Position numbers and translations under genes: made by a program
Shown: positions 38,949-48,734 of the stretch, piece after piece
Layout: each line of letters opens with the position of its first letter
How positions within the stretch are numbered: the stretch's first letter is position 1
Notes under the pieces: generated by a model
What the model saw: the letters and a program-made list of their open reading frames with translations, nothing else
Told to the model about the DNA's origin: nothing
The model's database searches: none
Virus record (IMG/VR): IMGVR_UViG_3300048924_000100
Span: 62,001 to 126,000 of that record
Reading direction: 5' to 3' (one strand)
DNA length: 64,000 nucleotides

Positions 38949-39333
38949 CATCGTTTCATTTCAGCTGGTGAAGAACGGCATCAACGGTGGAGACCGTATT
39001 GACGTAAAAGTCGACGGTATCCTCCAGTATGCAACGGCTCGAATGATTGACCCACAGTTGGCCATCAAGCACAAAAACCTTTTCCCGTACTTCCAGGATA
39101 AGGTAGGCAACGTCGACGATCCAAACACCTACGGGTATTTGGCGTTGCTGGGTCGTAATGACAAACTGGAGATCATCGGGATTCCATGGATCAATGATTC
39201 GACCTTCCAGCTTATCGATGGGCGTAACGCCAACCTCGTGGTTACGAACTGGCGTGAAGATTTCCGTTCCCCGCTGGCTACATTCATGCAGAGCATCGGG
39301 GCGTCTTACACCCTCACGGTTTTTGACAAGTAA
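38920..39333 (+). CDS. Conserved hypothetical protein (gp49-like)
   Basis: AAGGAG RBS; immediately upstream of the DNA polymerase gene as in phiKZ. Confidence 0.65.
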   Translation: MATLNPSRGDIVSFQLVKNGINGGDRIDVKVDGILQYATARMIDPQLAIKHKNLFPYFQDKVGNVDDPNTYGYLALLGRNDKLEIIGIPWINDSTFQLIDGRNANLVVTNWREDFRSPLATFMQSIGASYTLTVFDK

Positions 39334-39342
39334 GGGTAAACT

Positions 39343-39392
39343 GTCACTACATTCCTCATTCATAGGGGAGTGTAGTGACTATTTTCTTTTTT
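39343..39392 (+). terminator. Intrinsic terminator
   Basis: GTCACTACATTCC / GGAGTGTAGTGAC plus T tract. Confidence 0.75.
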
Positions 39393-39446
39393 GCAATCTG
39401 ATTTTTATTTCTTAATTAATTTGCTTATTCTGAGAGTGTTAACCTG

Positions 39447-41531
39447 ATGACTGCCGCAGCTAAACACACATCTCCTTTCCTAGCAGAGGAGTATATACCC
39501 AATCGTAACTTGCTCCAGAACTACCACTACATGGCCGCCGCTTATTTGACGGCTCTTTACAAGTGGGACTACAACACAGTACTGGAGTTGGTAGAGAAAG
39601 TATTTGTACCCAACCAGAACGGCTTTAAGGAAGCCAAGTTCAGAGTCTTTAAGAAGAACAAGTACGGCGACCGTGTTCCTGACATCATGCCGGCTCGTGA
39701 GTTCTTCCAGACAGTTCAGGATAATAACTGGCACCTGTCTCCGTCGTTTGTGGCTTACACGCACACCAACCAAGAACAGTCGATCAACTCGATTGGTACT
39801 GAAACCTTTATCGAATTCCGTCGCCTTTATAAAGGCAAGATGAAAGAAGCTATTTCGTCTGGCGATAAAGAAGCTGCACAAGCGTTTGATGAAATCCAGA
39901 AGGCCCTGAAGATCTTTAACAACGCCCAGTCTGGTGCGATGTCGTCTTCCGGTACTCCGCTGATGAACAAGTCGGGTCACACTACTCTGACCTCTATCTG
40001 CCGTTCCCTGACCTCCGTCGCCAACCTGATGAACGAGCGACTGATTACGGGTAACCGGTTGCTACTCAGTTACAACAAGTCCATGGAACTGTTTATCAGT
40101 ACCCTGGCGTTTGCTAAGCGGGACAAGATCCAGGCGGTAATCGACAAGTACGAAATGAGTTACGCCACCGTAGACCAGGTCATGGACATGGTGAAACGTT
40201 GCGCGTCGTACTACTGGAGCAACCCGACCCAGATCGCAGCTATCCGTACCTTTATGGAAATGCTGTCACCTCTGGAGCTGACAATCATCCTCTGCACCAT
40301 GGACCTCCGTGGGCTGTACACCACCAACCAAGCACTGATCAAACGGTTCTTCGATGAATGGTGCAAAGTTCCTGAGATGCCAACGTCGTTTGAAAACGTT
40401 ACTACCATCAAGGCAGCTAACGACGACTACAAGACACTCTGCACTACCAAGCTGGGCAAAGGGGCGACGGCAGATCAGACCGCGTATCTCAACGCTTACC
40501 ACGTCAGCCTGGAAGTTAAATGGCGAGACTTCATTGAAGCTTTCTTGAAAGCCGATATCCCGCCGTCTGGTGTATTCAGCGTTAAGGAGTTGGTACGTGA
40601 GAACGTTGTAACCTCCGACACTGACTCGATGATCTATTCGGTAGACGCCATCATTGATGACTACATTACCGATAAGAAAGACGAGCTGGCATTTAACGGG
40701 GTACTGACGTACTTCATTCGTTGCATTGCCGTAGACCAGCATGCGCGTCTTAGCACCAACATGAACGTGGCTAAGAAGTTCCGTTATCGTCTGAACATGA
40801 AGAACGAATACCTCTTCAGTTCGTACGTGACTACTTCGATGTCCAAGCACTACTATGCGTTGCAGTTGATGCTGGAGGGTATTCTCTACGATAACCCTAA
40901 ACTGGAACTCAAGGGCGTGCACCTCAGGGGGATCAAGATCGCACTCAAGGTCCGGGAGTTCACGAACAAGCTGATGCGCGATGTGTTGAATGCCATTTAC
41001 ACCAACCAGCAACTGGATGCTCCAGAGTTGTTAAAAGGTGTGGGTGATTTGGAACGCGCTCTGTTTGAAGAACTGGAGAAGGGTGGTTGGAGCTGGTTGA
41101 CCAAGAACGGAATCAAAGAAGAGACGGCCTACAGCAACGCTGATTCGTCGATCTACTTCTACCACGAGATGTGGAAGCAGGTGTTCGCCGATACCTATGG
41201 CGACGCACCAGAGCTGCCGTACCGTGCGTATAAGGTCAACGTTACACTGGACAACAAGACCAAGGTCAAGAAGTTTACTGAGACCTACGGGGAAAGCGAT
41301 GTGGTCAAGAAGATGATGGCTTACATTGAGGCGCGTGGATCGCTAACCTCCGTGTATGTTCCGATTGACATGATCGAATCGATTGGTGGTATCCCGAAAG
41401 AGATCCTACCGATTGTGGATACACGCTTGCTTATTGCACAGAACTTCAAGTCCATCTACGCCATTCTGGAATCCTTGGGCTTGTACATCATGAACAGCAA
41501 GGTAACTCGTCTGGTATCTGACGAGCATTAA
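39447..41531 (+). CDS. Family B DNA polymerase, polymerase subunit (phiKZ gp50-like)
   Basis: Motif B QKALKIFNNAQSG, motif C SDTDSMIY, plus KHYY and ELKGV. Confidence 0.85.
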   Translation: MTAAAKHTSPFLAEEYIPNRNLLQNYHYMAAAYLTALYKWDYNTVLELVEKVFVPNQNGFKEAKFRVFKKNKYGDRVPDIMPAREFFQTVQDNNWHLSPSFVAYTHTNQEQSINSIGTETFIEFRRLYKGKMKEAISSGDKEAAQAFDEIQKALKIFNNAQSGAMSSSGTPLMNKSGHTTLTSICRSLTSVANLMNERLITGNRLLLSYNKSMELFISTLAFAKRDKIQAVIDKYEMSYATVDQVMDMVKRCASYYWSNPTQIAAIRTFMEMLSPLELTIILCTMDLRGLYTTNQALIKRFFDEWCKVPEMPTSFENVTTIKAANDDYKTLCTTKLGKGATADQTAYLNAYHVSLEVKWRDFIEAFLKADIPPSGVFSVKELVRENVVTSDTDSMIYSVDAIIDDYITDKKDELAFNGVLTYFIRCIAVDQHARLSTNMNVAKKFRYRLNMKNEYLFSSYVTTSMSKHYYALQLMLEGILYDNPKLELKGVHLRGIKIALKVREFTNKLMRDVLNAIYTNQQLDAPELLKGVGDLERALFEELEKGGWSWLTKNGIKEETAYSNADSSIYFYHEMWKQVFADTYGDAPELPYRAYKVNVTLDNKTKVKKFTETYGESDVVKKMMAYIEARGSLTSVYVPIDMIESIGGIPKEILPIVDTRLLIAQNFKSIYAILESLGLYIMNSKVTRLVSDEH

Positions 41532-41541
41532 GGAGCACGTA

Positions 41542-41913
41542 ATGACTAAATTGACCAAGGCTGATAACTTCATGTTTTTCAAGGATAGTGCCACTGGTTT
41601 GGTATTTGCAGGGGAGGGGGCTTTCCTGTATCCGGAAAATATGAAGATCATGGTTCAGCCAACGGTGACTGTCGCCATGACCGACGAGATGCATGTCGAA
41701 AAGGGCGTGTACGTTACCTTCAACTATTGTGACCACGATCACGCCTTCTACGTGGGTAAACCAGAAGAAGTCCCTAAGCTGTTGAAAGCACTGTGGGAAG
41801 GTCGTGAATCCAAGATCGTGGTAGAACCTGACTACTACAGCTACCTGATGGATGTCAAGCATCAGGCGCATCTGGATTCCTGGTCGCGTTCTCCTGATCG
41901 GATGGGGAGTTAA
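41542..41913 (+). CDS. Hypothetical protein
   Basis: AAGGAG RBS; 123 aa. Confidence 0.65.
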   Translation: MTKLTKADNFMFFKDSATGLVFAGEGAFLYPENMKIMVQPTVTVAMTDEMHVEKGVYVTFNYCDHDHAFYVGKPEEVPKLLKALWEGRESKIVVEPDYYSYLMDVKHQAHLDSWSRSPDRMGS

Positions 41914-41918
41914 TCATC

Positions 41919-42236
41919 GTGGGTACAGTACATTACTTACCCACTTCCCGGAACAAGGAACACCTTGAACAAGTACTCAGTGAACGTCAGTTCCGAACGG
42001 TAGTACTGGGTAGCCGTCTGGGTAGTTACACTGACGCTACAGCCAGCATGATAAAAGCTCGGGATGAGTTGGACAAGTGGTATGGGTTCTTTGGGCCTGT
42101 CCTGCGTTTCTTAAATCCGATGCAGCACATGTTGGCGGTAGAAACGTTTGCCAGGGCCGAACACAAACAACGGGAAGCTTACAGGGAGTTCATGAGGGCT
42201 AAGAACAAGCTACAAGAGCAGTGGCACCTGAAGTAA
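41919..42236 (+). CDS. Hypothetical protein
   Basis: GGGGAG RBS, GTG start. Confidence 0.55.
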   Translation: MGTVHYLPTSRNKEHLEQVLSERQFRTVVLGSRLGSYTDATASMIKARDELDKWYGFFGPVLRFLNPMQHMLAVETFARAEHKQREAYREFMRAKNKLQEQWHLK

Positions 42237-42250
42237 CAACCAGCCATAAA

Positions 42251-42294
42251 CCTATAACTCCTACTACTCCTTGCGGAGTAGTAGGAGTATAAGG
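42251..42294. terminator. Bidirectional terminator
   Basis: ACTCCTACTACTCC-TTGC-GGAGTAGTAGGAGT between convergent genes. Confidence 0.8.
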
Positions 42295-42351
42295 AAATCA
42301 ATCTTTTTAAATTTTTATATTAAATATGGGATCACTTCGTCGGATTAACCG

Positions 42352-43485
42352 TTAAGTCTGTTCCCGTATAATGAAAACACCCTTCGAATTGAGATCATTC
42401 AACACTTTTACTTCTTCGAGCAGATTACCCAGATGTTCTCTGAAGTACGCTTCAGGGATATTCTTTTGACGATTGGCAATCTGACGATACAGACGGTCGA
42501 ACTCAACGTTGATGTCCGGGCACTTGTACTTCATGCGGTTAGCAATCGACAAGTAGATGGCACAGACCTTCAGCATACCAGGCTCAAAAGCCCAACCGGT
42601 CTGAGCAAACAACGCCTGGTCATGCGGATCGATGTAGTTGGTATAAGGATAACCCCGATACAAACTGTCGATCTGTTTCAGCATCATCGACACATCCTGC
42701 AGACGACGCCCCGTCAGCACATCTATAAGGAAGAACATGTACTGCTTAAAAAGCTTCTCCTCATTCAACGTGGTGAAGGTAACCGACTCAGTAATGATCA
42801 GGTCGTTGAGGTCTTTCTCCTTAACGAAGAACTCGTAGAGGACGTTGATGACCGACAACTGGTTCTGGTAGAAGGTCGCCTGATAGAGCGGGTACTGACA
42901 GACATACGAGGCAATCCCCGTGCTGACTTCCCGCTTCTCACGCATGAACATCCACCAGCCTACCGCCAAGGCTACCAGGTCCAAACCAATGATGGCCACG
43001 TCTGTGATCACATTGTTAGCACCCGGTTTCTTCTCAACAGTATGTTTGTACCCACGATCCAATACTGTTGAATAGAGGGGGATGACCGAACGCAAATCTT
43101 CCAGTTTCAGCTTATCCACATCAAACGTCTGGAAAGAATCGAGGAGTACCCAGTGCTCTCTGACGTTACGGCGGTAGAAGCCATCCGGCTCTGCATTGCC
43201 AATCCGGTTGATAGATGTGATGTGATAAATCGTGCACAGTGAATTAGCACGGAAGCGAGTATTATCTACAACCTCCTGCAAGCTCCACTCAGGGTCGATC
43301 GCCAGATGGCGAAGAATCCCTACCAGCTTGTGTTGGTCTTCGAGGTGGAAAGGCGTACGGTCTACGTAGGCCCGATAGTCTCGGCGGTTGAACTCTGTTA
43401 CACGGAGTAGGTTCCCCAAGTCACCGAAGTTGCTGCGGGGATACTTCCGGCTGATATCCTCAGCGGGATAGGTAAAGATGGGCAT
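42352..43485 (-). CDS. Conserved virion protein (gp52-like)
   Basis: Probable start MPIFTYP at 43485; on the opposite strand just upstream of chmA, as in phiKZ. Confidence 0.6.
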   Translation of the reverse strand: MPIFTYPAEDISRKYPRSNFGDLGNLLRVTEFNRRDYRAYVDRTPFHLEDQHKLVGILRHLAIDPEWSLQEVVDNTRFRANSLCTIYHITSINRIGNAEPDGFYRRNVREHWVLLDSFQTFDVDKLKLEDLRSVIPLYSTVLDRGYKHTVEKKPGANNVITDVAIIGLDLVALAVGWWMFMREKREVSTGIASYVCQYPLYQATFYQNQLSVINVLYEFFVKEKDLNDLIITESVTFTTLNEEKLFKQYMFFLIDVLTGRRLQDVSMMLKQIDSLYRGYPYTNYIDPHDQALFAQTGWAFEPGMLKVCAIYLSIANRMKYKCPDINVEFDRLYRQIANRQKNIPEAYFREHLGNLLEEVKVLNDLNSKGVFIIREQT

Positions 43486-43685
43486 AGTAGTTATCCGAAA
43501 CAAATGATGGGGATGTAAGAATAAAGTATTACTGCAATCTCCTATCTTATGTGAACAAGTCACATCAGAGGAAGTGTCCTCTACTGGGGACCATTGCGCA
43601 ATTCGAGAATTAGTGATATGATTAGAAGTTGATTACTCTATATCATCCCTGCTGAAAAGTAGGGTGATTTCAGTGGGGTAAGAAA

Positions 43686-43703
43686 ATTTCAAACCCATAT
43701 TAC
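43686..43703 (+). promoter_or_regulatory. Early promoter of chmA
   Basis: ATTTCAAACCCATATTAC. Confidence 0.7.
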
Positions 43704-43789
43704 CAATGTGATTAGTAATACAGATGTTCCACATCGGTAAAGATAATCACGCTATAGCAAACTATCTTCGTACACAAGGAAAACAACTC

Positions 43790-45808
43790 ATGAGTCTGAA
43801 TAACGGTTCCGAAAGCACCTCCTGGAACGAAAACAACGAAAAGCCGAACTCCAATCAGGCTCCAGGCGCCTCGGGCACCATGGCTCCTCTGGACGGTCTG
43901 GCTGGTCTGCTGCGTCTGCCGTCGATGACGAGCGATAACCGCAACCTGAAAGAGGTTAGCGAAACCATCGAGAAACTCGAGGCGATCTACGAGAACGCCA
44001 AGAAATCCACCACCAACGAACTCCAGCGCAAAATCGTTCCGACGGTTGAAATGCTGACTCCGTCCATCTCGGCTCAACTGCCAGGTGTCGGCCTGTACGT
44101 CGTCTTCGACGGCACCATGTACGTGATGGCTGCTCTGTTCTACAACCGCACGCTGAGCATCGGCGTAGAGCGCATCACCGTCAACACCAACAACATCGTC
44201 CAGCAGATGTCCGCGCCACTGACTCCAGCTCAGTACCCGAACAGCCTGTTCCTGGAAAAGCTGACCTCGCACTACACCAAGGTTGCCGAAGCCCTGGGCG
44301 TGAAGAACGTCAGCGTGATCAACATGATCGTTTGCGATCTGGAAATGCTGCACCACGCAGAAGCCGGCGATCCGAAAGACTACGCCCACCGTCAGGCGAA
44401 CTACATCGCCTCCGAGTGGGAAGAAGCGATCATGGTCAAGACCGTGCGCGAAATCGTGGGCAAGGGCTACCAAGTTCCGGTTCCGTTCGCTACTCCTGAT
44501 CAGCCGTACGGCAAAGATGGCTGCGCCGAAGCTCGCGTTAACGCAATCGCTTTCCGCACCAGCAAGGCCGGCACTCTGACTCCGGACAACATGGAAGTTA
44601 TTGTTAGCACCATCAACAATAACAACCAGAACACCGGCAACTTCCAGGCCAACTCGAAAGAGCTGATCCGGGTTACTGGTGCGGTCAGCCTGAACGGCGT
44701 GTCGTGGGAAGATCACCAGCGTTTCATGATGTCGCACCGCTCGCAAGAGCAAATGAACTCGCTGCAACAGTTCCTCGGCAACAGCATGGGCATGGGCGCA
44801 TACCCACAAGGCTTCAAGCCACTGCGTCCAGTTATCACCATCGGCACCGTGCAAGCTGGTGAGCAACTGTGCAACAACGGCGGCCTGTTCCCGTTCTTCA
44901 GCGGCCTGTACGCGCTGATGGCGACGAACAACCAGTACGTCTGGTCTGAAGCTCTGCGTCGTCACTCGGTAGGTGCTCGTGGTAACCTGGCCGACCTGGA
45001 AACTCGTGTTGATCAAATGGTCAGCCAGATCCCAGGCGGTTTCCAGAACCCACAACGCATCCGCCTCGACGAGAAGAAGATGTCGGACACCGAGCTGGTT
45101 AACAACTGGATTCGCCAGAACGTTAGCCCGCACGCAACCTTCCAGATCAACCTGATCCCGGCAGGTCCGAACGCGTCCATCAACAACTTCTTCTTCCAGC
45201 TGGCCAAGGTCGGTCAGAACGCCGCTGAAATCAAGGTAGTCATCGCTCTGATCGACTCCATGACCAAAGGCGCGTTCTCGGAAGTGATCCGCGGCAACGT
45301 TACCTCGCAACAAGGTTGGGTGCCTTCCAAGCCAGTGCTGATCCCGACTGGCATGATCGCAGTCAACGGCATGGCTGAATACGCCGGCAAGAAGTTCAAC
45401 ACCCAGGAACTGGACGAGATGATGATCTCGCACATCAAGGGCCCGAAAGGTCAGCTCGCAGCCGAAAGCCTGCTGTCGACCATGTACGGCACCATCCCGG
45501 GTGAGGAATTTAAACAGCGGGCACAAAAGCTGCGCGTGGAAACCTCGTCGTCGCTGTTCGACGGTCAGGTTCACATCAACGGCTGGGCTCAGCCTCACAT
45601 CTGGGCGCCTGACTTCATGGCCGCCATGTCGAAAGCCATGGACACCATCGGTCAGCTGAACGTTGCCAACAACCTGGGCAGCTGGCGCAACACCAGCCTG
45701 GCTTCGACGCCTGGCATCGGTCTGGCTACCCTCGTGGGCGCTGGTTCGAACAACGCGACCGGCAACGGTCTCGGTGTTGCATACAACATGAACATGCCAT
45801 TCATGTAA
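43790..45808 (+). CDS. chmA: Chimallin, major phage nuclear shell protein
   Basis: 672 aa with extreme codon bias, its own early promoter and terminator, and flexible termini. It lies directly upstream of nvRNAP beta'N, the phiKZ gp54 position. Confidence 0.85.
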   Translation: MSLNNGSESTSWNENNEKPNSNQAPGASGTMAPLDGLAGLLRLPSMTSDNRNLKEVSETIEKLEAIYENAKKSTTNELQRKIVPTVEMLTPSISAQLPGVGLYVVFDGTMYVMAALFYNRTLSIGVERITVNTNNIVQQMSAPLTPAQYPNSLFLEKLTSHYTKVAEALGVKNVSVINMIVCDLEMLHHAEAGDPKDYAHRQANYIASEWEEAIMVKTVREIVGKGYQVPVPFATPDQPYGKDGCAEARVNAIAFRTSKAGTLTPDNMEVIVSTINNNNQNTGNFQANSKELIRVTGAVSLNGVSWEDHQRFMMSHRSQEQMNSLQQFLGNSMGMGAYPQGFKPLRPVITIGTVQAGEQLCNNGGLFPFFSGLYALMATNNQYVWSEALRRHSVGARGNLADLETRVDQMVSQIPGGFQNPQRIRLDEKKMSDTELVNNWIRQNVSPHATFQINLIPAGPNASINNFFFQLAKVGQNAAEIKVVIALIDSMTKGAFSEVIRGNVTSQQGWVPSKPVLIPTGMIAVNGMAEYAGKKFNTQELDEMMISHIKGPKGQLAAESLLSTMYGTIPGEEFKQRAQKLRVETSSSLFDGQVHINGWAQPHIWAPDFMAAMSKAMDTIGQLNVANNLGSWRNTSLASTPGIGLATLVGAGSNNATGNGLGVAYNMNMPFM

Positions 45809-45827
45809 TTGTTGTAGCCTGCAATGG

Positions 45828-45875
45828 ATTGGTGGGCGAGGGGGTTAACACCCTCTCGCTCGCTGGTTCTTTTTT
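45828..45875 (+). terminator. Intrinsic terminator after chmA
   Basis: GGCGAGGGGG / CCCTCTCGCT plus T tract. Confidence 0.8.
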
Positions 45876-45901
45876 CTGTTTTCTCTTTTTTGGAGCCGGC
45901 T

Positions 45902-47539
45902 ATGGGCAATATGTATCTACCGGAACTCACTCCGTCAAATGAGCTAGCTATTAAGAAGCTCACGCAGTACAGCGAAGCAAACCTGGATCCAATGCCGTTC
46001 TTTAATCGCTATGCGGCAGCCTTTGGCAAATCGTTGGAAGATGATCCTCGTTATTCGGAACCGCTGTACTGGGACTTCGAAGATTACGACTACCTGCACG
46101 ACACCAGTCGATTCAAGCCAATCTACCTGAACGAGTTCGACTTCAACATTCAGGAAGACCGTGAGGCTATCGAGCGCTTAACGCGTATGGAGTTCGTCGG
46201 TAACTCATTCGACACGGTGGCAAGCTGTAACCCAGCGTGTGGCTACTATCGTGGTAACTACCGCCTGAAGCAGGGTAAAGCCTGTCCTAAGTGCGGTGAA
46301 GTGCCAGAGCTGTTTCTCGATCGGGGTGAAGACACCCGGTTGTGGCTGAAGCTACCGGAAGGGGTAAAGGGTTTTGTTAACTTGGGTTTCTTTTCGACCT
46401 TCTTTAACAAGATCGGTATCGGTAGTCCAAAGGTCTGTGTACCTCGATACTTTATCGACCCGATCTATCGGGCGCAGATCAACAAGCAGAAGAACACAAC
46501 GGTTAACCTGATCCGCAACATGTTGGAAGAGCTTCAGATTACTGAAGTCAACATGAACGGCTTCCAGGATCGTTGTGACGACATCATGCACTGGATGCTG
46601 GTAGGTAATGGCAAACGTCATTGCACCACCTCGCACGAAGGTGTGGTGTTGATGGAAGTGTACCAGAAGAACAAGCACATCGCGTTCTCCAAGTACATGA
46701 AGGTACCGAATCGCTATGCAACCATTCTGGAGAAGTCGGGCAAAGATACATACGCCTATCCTCACCAGCCAGTGACTGCACAGCTGTACACCGCGATTGC
46801 TGATACCAAACGCTCCAACCCTGTGGTTAAGCTTAACGCTGCTGACAAGCGCCGTAACGTGGACATCGTGGGCAAGAACCTGGTTAAGCTGGCCGACCAA
46901 TACCGTAAGGTGAACAACCCGAAAGCGTTGTTTGGTAAACCGGCGATCAACCGTAAACACGTGGCCTCTGGTGCAGTTCCGTTTACCGGTCGTTCCGTAG
47001 TGACGTCGGTAACAGGTATCCTGAACCCGGACGAGTGGATGGTTCCGTGGAAGATGTGTCTGGCTATTCTGGACTACCACATCACGGGCTTCCTGTATCG
47101 TCGTGGGCATACACCGTATCAGGCCATTCAGCGTATCAGTCGAGCTGCTTATTGGATCGACCCGCTGATTGATGAATTCTTCCGCGACATGGAAGACAAC
47201 AACAAGGCCATCATCCAGAGTGGGCGTAACCCGTCGATTGAGTTCCTCAGTCTGCGTAGTGCGTTCCTGCGGGTTAACCGCGATCTCCGCGATGAAAGTA
47301 TCCGGGTACCGATTCTGGCTGTTAGTGAATCGAACACCGACTTTGACGGCGACAACCATTATATCGTCCTTATGGCTGATAACGAGTCGAAAGCAAAAGC
47401 TTACGGCGCATGGGGTCACCACCAGACGTTGGACCGCAACATTCCGTTTACAGTGGGCGACTACGCCGGTCAGGCGGCTACTAACCTCATGAACCTTAAC
47501 ACGCTCATGGCGCAGACCGTCATCATCGACGCAGCCTAA
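45902..47539 (+). CDS. Non-virion RNAP beta' N-terminal subunit (gp55/56.1-like)
   Basis: Zn-finger Cys (CNPAC..CPKC), GRSVV, GRNPS and the catalytic NTDFDGD. Confidence 0.9.
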   Translation: MGNMYLPELTPSNELAIKKLTQYSEANLDPMPFFNRYAAAFGKSLEDDPRYSEPLYWDFEDYDYLHDTSRFKPIYLNEFDFNIQEDREAIERLTRMEFVGNSFDTVASCNPACGYYRGNYRLKQGKACPKCGEVPELFLDRGEDTRLWLKLPEGVKGFVNLGFFSTFFNKIGIGSPKVCVPRYFIDPIYRAQINKQKNTTVNLIRNMLEELQITEVNMNGFQDRCDDIMHWMLVGNGKRHCTTSHEGVVLMEVYQKNKHIAFSKYMKVPNRYATILEKSGKDTYAYPHQPVTAQLYTAIADTKRSNPVVKLNAADKRRNVDIVGKNLVKLADQYRKVNNPKALFGKPAINRKHVASGAVPFTGRSVVTSVTGILNPDEWMVPWKMCLAILDYHITGFLYRRGHTPYQAIQRISRAAYWIDPLIDEFFRDMEDNNKAIIQSGRNPSIEFLSLRSAFLRVNRDLRDESIRVPILAVSESNTDFDGDNHYIVLMADNESKAKAYGAWGHHQTLDRNIPFTVGDYAGQAATNLMNLNTLMAQTVIIDAA

Positions 47540-47561
47540 CACAGGCTAAGAGGTAAACACG

Positions 47562-48203
47562 ATGAACAGTGCTCAGGCATTTAGCTATGCGGTCTCGGGT
47601 AGTTATACCGAGAATCAGATGCAGAAGTACGCCGAGTATGTGAACAACTCCACTCAGGCGTTTCAACAAGCCGGTGGGTGGTTAGCACAACAAGCTACAA
47701 ACGCGATGGAAGGGTTTAACAACTACCTGACATCTCGTGCCTGGGAAATGGGTAAACGACTGCTGGGTAAGTCTGACGGCGATTACGTTGGACGGTTCGA
47801 AGTTGGTTACCTGGGTTCTGTGGCAGGTCTTCAAGGTGCACAAGGTTTCATGCGTGATTACATCATGGCGCATGAAGGACTGCATCAGGATTACCTGGAC
47901 GAGAAGATCCATGGTTACGATGGTGTGTTCAGTCCGCTCAACACAGGCATTGGCGAGGAGAACATTTTCTGGCGTCGTGCAATGAACGGCGTGTTGCAGA
48001 TGGAAACCAAAGACGACCTGACTCGGTTGAAGCATGCTCACTATCTGGAAAGTTCAGGTGGTGGTCTGTCATTCCGCGAACGTGTCGATATCCAGAAAAC
48101 TTGGAACGCTATTGGTCTTCATCGGACAAAGAACCTGTTCGACATCACCAGTGAAACGAACCAGGCCTTGAAGGGTGCTGAGAAGCCTCCAGAGGCCGAA
48201 TAG
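47562..48203 (+). CDS. Conserved hypothetical protein
   Basis: GAGG RBS; part of the chimallivirus core block. Confidence 0.7.
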   Translation: MNSAQAFSYAVSGSYTENQMQKYAEYVNNSTQAFQQAGGWLAQQATNAMEGFNNYLTSRAWEMGKRLLGKSDGDYVGRFEVGYLGSVAGLQGAQGFMRDYIMAHEGLHQDYLDEKIHGYDGVFSPLNTGIGEENIFWRRAMNGVLQMETKDDLTRLKHAHYLESSGGGLSFRERVDIQKTWNAIGLHRTKNLFDITSETNQALKGAEKPPEAE

Positions 48204-48218
48204 TGCCACGTAGATAAA

Positions 48219-48254
48219 CAGGAGGGGGTAACACCCTTCCTGCTTTATTTTTTT
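48219..48254 (+). terminator. Intrinsic terminator
   Basis: CAGGAGGGG / CCCTTCCTG plus T tract. Confidence 0.75.
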
Positions 48255-48326
48255 GCTATACGCTATCTTACAGCGCTGTCTGTAAATCTATTCTTATAGA
48301 GGTTATTTCTATAAAGGGAAAGCGAT

Positions 48327-48734
48327 ATGGCAACTTTTTGTGTGGCTAGTATGTCAACTCGCAATGGCTGGGAGATCAAATCCCCCCAAGAAGCGATGGC
48401 ACTGCATTTCATGTATTGGTTTACCTCCCGTCGTGACCAGGGCAAGGTTATCGGTCAAGTACCCAGTTTTTATTTTCTCTGGGCAACCCATGGTACGACG
48501 CCAGAAACCATGGTTGAAAGAACGCAACAAGAATTCGACTCCTACATGAAAGAACTGTTCCCACAGTCCGAAGTGTTGGTGCAGAAACAAGTGGTGCAGG
48601 GCGAAATAAATAACTACCATCTACTGATCTCGGCAAGAGCAATCGTTGATGGTGTGTCTTACGATCTGTCCGAAGTGGTAGTAGTTACGGGCAGCAAATA
48701 TGAAGTGTTGGATAAGGCGAGGTTGGGTAAATGA
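48327..48734 (+). CDS. Conserved hypothetical protein
   Basis: 135 aa; AGGGA RBS. Confidence 0.6.
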   Translation: MATFCVASMSTRNGWEIKSPQEAMALHFMYWFTSRRDQGKVIGQVPSFYFLWATHGTTPETMVERTQQEFDSYMKELFPQSEVLVQKQVVQGEINNYHLLISARAIVDGVSYDLSEVVVVTGSKYEVLDKARLGK

